Assembly (NCBI GenBank): GCA_963770565.1
Contig: CAVYQE010000002.1
Span: 736,001-800,000 of the forward strand
Length of the DNA: 64,000 nucleotides
Source of the DNA: an uncultured Actinomycetota bacterium
GTDB taxonomy: Bacteria > Actinomycetota > Actinomycetes > JAFAQI01
Reading direction: 5' to 3'
Position numbers and translations under genes: made by a program. Positions 56,484 to 64,000 of this stretch are shown one piece after another; the first letter of the stretch is position 1, and each line of letters begins with the position of its first letter. Below the pieces are notes generated by a model, which was given only the letters and a program-made list of their open reading frames with translations, made no database searches and was not told the DNA's origin.

Positions 56484-56559
56484 TGGTGGAGACGAGGGGA
56501 ATCGAACCCCTAACCTCCGCCTTGCAAAGGCGGCGCTCTGCCAATTGAGCTACGTCCCC
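56484..56559 (-). tRNA. tRNA-Ala(TGC)
   Basis: GGGGACGTAGCTCAATTGGCAGAGCGCCGCCTTTGCAAGGCGG...GTTCGATTCCCCTCGTCTCCACCA. Confidence 0.97.
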
Positions 56560-56573
56560 GCGCGGGGAACCGG

Positions 56574-56648
56574 TGGGCCTGGGAGGACTTGAACCTCCGA
56601 CCTCTTCCTTATCAGGGAAGCGCTCTAACCGAGCTGAGCTACAGGCCC
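56574..56648 (-). tRNA. tRNA-Ile(GAT)
   Basis: GGGCCTGTAGCTCAGCTCGGTTAGAGCGCTTCCCTGATAAGGAAG...GTTCAAGTCCTCCCAGGCCCA. Confidence 0.97.
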
Positions 56649-56712
56649 CGGTGGTGACGTCGTACGGCGGTGCGGGCAGCGAGCCTACCGCAGCGCGCGA
56701 GGTCTCATCAGC

Positions 56713-57302
56713 CTAGTTTCGCTCCGCCAACGTGACCTCGATGCCACCCACGATGTCGGTGCAGACGTTGTAGATGAAGGCGGTCAGGGTGGCGAACGCG
56801 GTGAACAGTACGACGTTGATCAGGCCGAGGATCGCGGCCACCAGCAACACCCGGTCGAAGGTGAGCCAGACCGCCAGACCGCCACCGGTCGGGTTGCTGC
56901 TGACGTCGACCAGGAACGAGCGCAGCGAGTCGATCACGCCCATCGCGTCGACCACGCTGTAGAGCACGATCACCGCCACCATCAGGACGATCATCCCGGC
57001 GAGGCCGTAGACGAAGGAGAACTTCAGCGTCGACCAGGGATCGATCCGCCGGACTGTCAGCCGGGCCCGCCGGCCCTTCTTGCCTTTGATCGGCGCGGTG
57101 CCAACGGTCATCGGACGCGGCGGCGCGCTGACCCCGTCCGGGACGATGGAGGAACCGGACGGTGGTGTCGGCGTGGCGGCGTCGCCAGGGGCTCGGGCTG
57201 TCTCGGGCATCACTGCGGACGTTCGAGGCATCGGGCCGGTTGTGGTGGCATCGCCCCACATCGGGACGCCGCCCAGCATCCGGGAATCACCCGAGCCGGT
57301 CG

Positions 57303-57306
<4 letters not shown>
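56713..57306 (-). CDS. DUF3566 membrane protein
   Basis: RRARL.V.RIDPWS..K.S; AFIYN...D.VGGIEVTL; conserved position after gyrA. Confidence 0.9.
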
Positions 57307-59795
<2,489 letters not shown>

Positions 59796-59818
59796 GGGTG
59801 ATCTCCTGGCGGCCTTGA

Positions 59819-61906
<2,088 letters not shown>

Positions 61907-61969
61907 TCAACGCGGGTGGACATTGGTCCCCCCACGCGGGCGGGTCGCCCCAGAGGCGCTATGACGCGA

Positions 61970-62497
61970 TCAGCCGTAGGTGTCGCGCGGTCCCCGGCCG
62001 GTCACTCGAAGCGGTCCGTGCCGCCAATCGGGCGCGCTCGGACCGCGGACCCGCAGCCTAGCGACGACGTCCGGGCCGACCTCGTCGGCGATCCGCGCCA
62101 GCAGCTGGGTCGACATCATCCGCAGCTGTGTCGCCCACGCGGTCGACTCCGCCACGCAGGTCAGCTCGCCTGCCTCCAGCCGCTCGGGCCGGCAGTGCGC
62201 CGCCACGTCGGAGCCGACGATCTGCTCCCAGCGCGGCAGCAACCCGGCGGCCACCAGCGTGCGGCCCCAGTCCCGCTCCTCGACCAGTTCCTGCACGGCG
62301 TCGCCGAGTGGTTGCGGGTCGCGCTCGTCGGCGCCGGCACCACTCCAGGTCTGGTCGATCGCGGCCGCCCGGCGCGACCGGCGGACCGGTGCGGGCTTGG
62401 CCCGGCGGGCCCGGGCCAGCAACCGGCGAGCCGCGTCCTGAGAAGCCGCGGGCCGGCCGGCATCGGGTGTCGGGGGACTGCGGTCCTCAGCGGACAC
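61970..62497 (-). CDS. DUF721/DciA-family protein
   Basis: [33 protein letters not shown]; between recF and gyrB. Confidence 0.9.
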   Translation of the reverse strand: MSAEDRSPPTPDAGRPAASQDAARRLLARARRAKPAPVRRSRRAAAIDQTWSGAGADERDPQPLGDAVQELVEERDWGRTLVAAGLLPRWEQIVGSDVAAHCRPERLEAGELTCVAESTAWATQLRMMSTQLLARIADEVGPDVVARLRVRGPSAPDWRHGPLRVTGRGPRDTYG

Positions 62498-63611
62498 GGC
62501 GTACCTCGCCGGAGGCGATGTCCCAGCGCGCACCGCTGAGCTCGGCCGGCACGTCCCCGGCGACTGCCGCGGTGATCAGCACCTGCTCGGCCGGCGCGAC
62601 CAGCTCGGCCAGGGACTCCCGCCGCTGATCGTCGAGCTCGGCGAAGACGTCATCGAGCACCAGCACCGGCTCGCCGCCGTCGCTGCACAACAGGTCGTAC
62701 GCCGCCAACCGCAGCGCGAGCGCGAACGACCACGACTCGCCATGGCTCGCGTAGCCCCGCGCCGGCAGCTCGCCGAGGGACAGCACCAGGTCGTCGCGAT
62801 GCGGCCCGACCAGCGTGATCCCGCGGTCGAGCTCACGCTCGCGACTCTCGGCCAGCGCCGCGGACAGCGCGGCCGCGAGCAAGTCCCGGTCAGCGGACTC
62901 GGCGACGTCGTCGGCGAGCGAGGAGCGGTACTCGAGCAGGGCCGGTCCACCGCCGTGGCTGACCCCGCTGTAGGCCTTGTCGACCAGCGGCCGGAGCGCC
63001 GCGATCAGCTCGTGCCGCCCCGCCAGCACCGCCGCGCCGGCGGTCGCGAGGTGCGCGTCCCAGACGTCGAGCGTCCGCAGCCCGGCGCCGGCCCGGCGCG
63101 CCCCGCCGGCGCTCTTGAGCAAGGCATTGCGCTGCTTGAGCACCCGCTCGTAGTCGGCGTGGACCGCGGCGTACCGCGGCGAGCGGGCGACCAGCAGGTC
63201 GTCGAGGTAGGTCCGGCGCAGCGCGGGGTCGCCCTTGACGATGCCGAGGTCCTCGGGCGCGAAGAGCACGCTGCGCAAGACGCCGAGCACGTCGCGGGCC
63301 CTCGGCACCGCTGCGCCGTTGAGGCGGGCCCGGTTCGCTTTGCCCGAGGTGATCTCGACCTCGACGAGGGTGTCGCGCTCGTCGCGTACGACGGTGCCGC
63401 GGATGACCGCTCGGTCGGCCCCGCTGCGCACCAGCGGGGCATCGGTGGCGACCCGATGGCTCGAGAGGGTGGCGAGATAGCCGAGCGCTTCGACCAGGTT
63501 GGTCTTGCCGTGGCCGTTCGGGCCCACCAGCGCGGTGATCCCGGGCTCGAACTCCAGCTCGGCGCTCGGATAGGACCGAAAGTCGGTGACGGCCAGCGAA
63601 CGGACGAACAT
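62487..63611 (-). CDS. recF: DNA replication/repair protein RecF
   Basis: [34 protein letters not shown]. Confidence 0.97.
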   Translation of the reverse strand: MFVRSLAVTDFRSYPSAELEFEPGITALVGPNGHGKTNLVEALGYLATLSSHRVATDAPLVRSGADRAVIRGTVVRDERDTLVEVEITSGKANRARLNGAAVPRARDVLGVLRSVLFAPEDLGIVKGDPALRRTYLDDLLVARSPRYAAVHADYERVLKQRNALLKSAGGARRAGAGLRTLDVWDAHLATAGAAVLAGRHELIAALRPLVDKAYSGVSHGGGPALLEYRSSLADDVAESADRDLLAAALSAALAESRERELDRGITLVGPHRDDLVLSLGELPARGYASHGESWSFALALRLAAYDLLCSDGGEPVLVLDDVFAELDDQRRESLAELVAPAEQVLITAAVAGDVPAELSGARWDIASGEVRRVR

Positions 63612-63637
63612 CAGGGCATCACCGGCACGAGCGAGGC

Positions 63638-64000
63638 CTACGCCGTGGGGTAGGCGTCGGCGGAAGACCCGGGCGCCGCACCACCGCCACCGCCACCGCC
63701 AGCTCCACCCGCCGATTCCACCGCATGTCCACCGAACTGGGCCCGCAACGCCGCGATCATCTTCATCGCCGGCGAGTCCTCCTGGCGGGAGGCGAACCGC
63801 GCATACAACGCCGCGGTGATCACCGGCAGCGGGACCGCGTGGTCGATCGCCGCCTCGACCGTCCAACGGCCTTCGCCGGAGTCCTGGGCGAACCCCTTGA
63901 GCTTGTCCAGGTGCTGGTCCTCGTCGAGCGCGCGGACCGCGAGATCGAGCAGCCACGACCGGACGACCGTGCCCTTCTGCCAAGCGGCGAAGGTAGCCCG
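63638..64000 (-). CDS. gnd: 6-phosphogluconate dehydrogenase (decarboxylating), C-terminal part
   Basis: [32 protein letters not shown]; runs off the window edge. Confidence 0.9.
   Translation of the reverse strand, partial: RATFAAWQKGTVVRSWLLDLAVRALDEDQHLDKLKGFAQDSGEGRWTVEAAIDHAVPLPVITAALYARFASRQEDSPAMKMIAALRAQFGGHAVESAGGAGGGGGGGAAPGSSADAYPTA

Larger units (their letters stand above)
47341..56533. mobile_element. Island 2: ~9.1-kb integrative mobilizable element in tRNA-Ala(TGC)
   Basis: 48-bp direct repeat 47341-47388 = 56486-56533; integrase, Xis, regulator, TA and relaxase inside; GTGCCAC arm repeats at both ends. Confidence 0.92.

Overview
High-GC actinobacterial chromosome segment next to the replication origin. 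The right end carries gnd(partial)-recF-DUF721-gyrB-gyrA-DUF3566-tRNA-Ile-tRNA-Ala; the middle carries ppiA, a rhomboid protease, crgA, trpG/pabA and the fhaA-fhaB-pstP-rodA-pbpA-pknB cluster followed by tRNA-Leu. Two related integrative elements sit in this conserved backbone: island 1 (about 20790-31313, in the tRNA-Leu(CAG) 3' end) and island 2 (about 47341-56533, in the tRNA-Ala(TGC) 3' end). Each has a tyrosine integrase, a small Xis-like HTH protein, a mutually homologous ~230-aa XRE regulator, a MOBF/TrwC relaxase-helicase with a candidate oriT, a PIN toxin-antitoxin pair and cargo that is mostly secreted or membrane-associated; neither has mating-pair genes. Island 2 also holds an orphan tRNA-Gly(CCC) att site with its own arm repeats, and one CTGACCTGCGGTTTT-like motif recurs at the att junctions of all three integrase systems. 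The left 20 kb has a Liv-type ABC transporter, a TPP-riboswitch operon, an S53 peptidase, an Fpg/Nei glycosylase, a degenerate HD-GYP/LuxR regulator module and several secreted beta-propeller proteins. All calls come from reading motifs by eye; no database searches were run.
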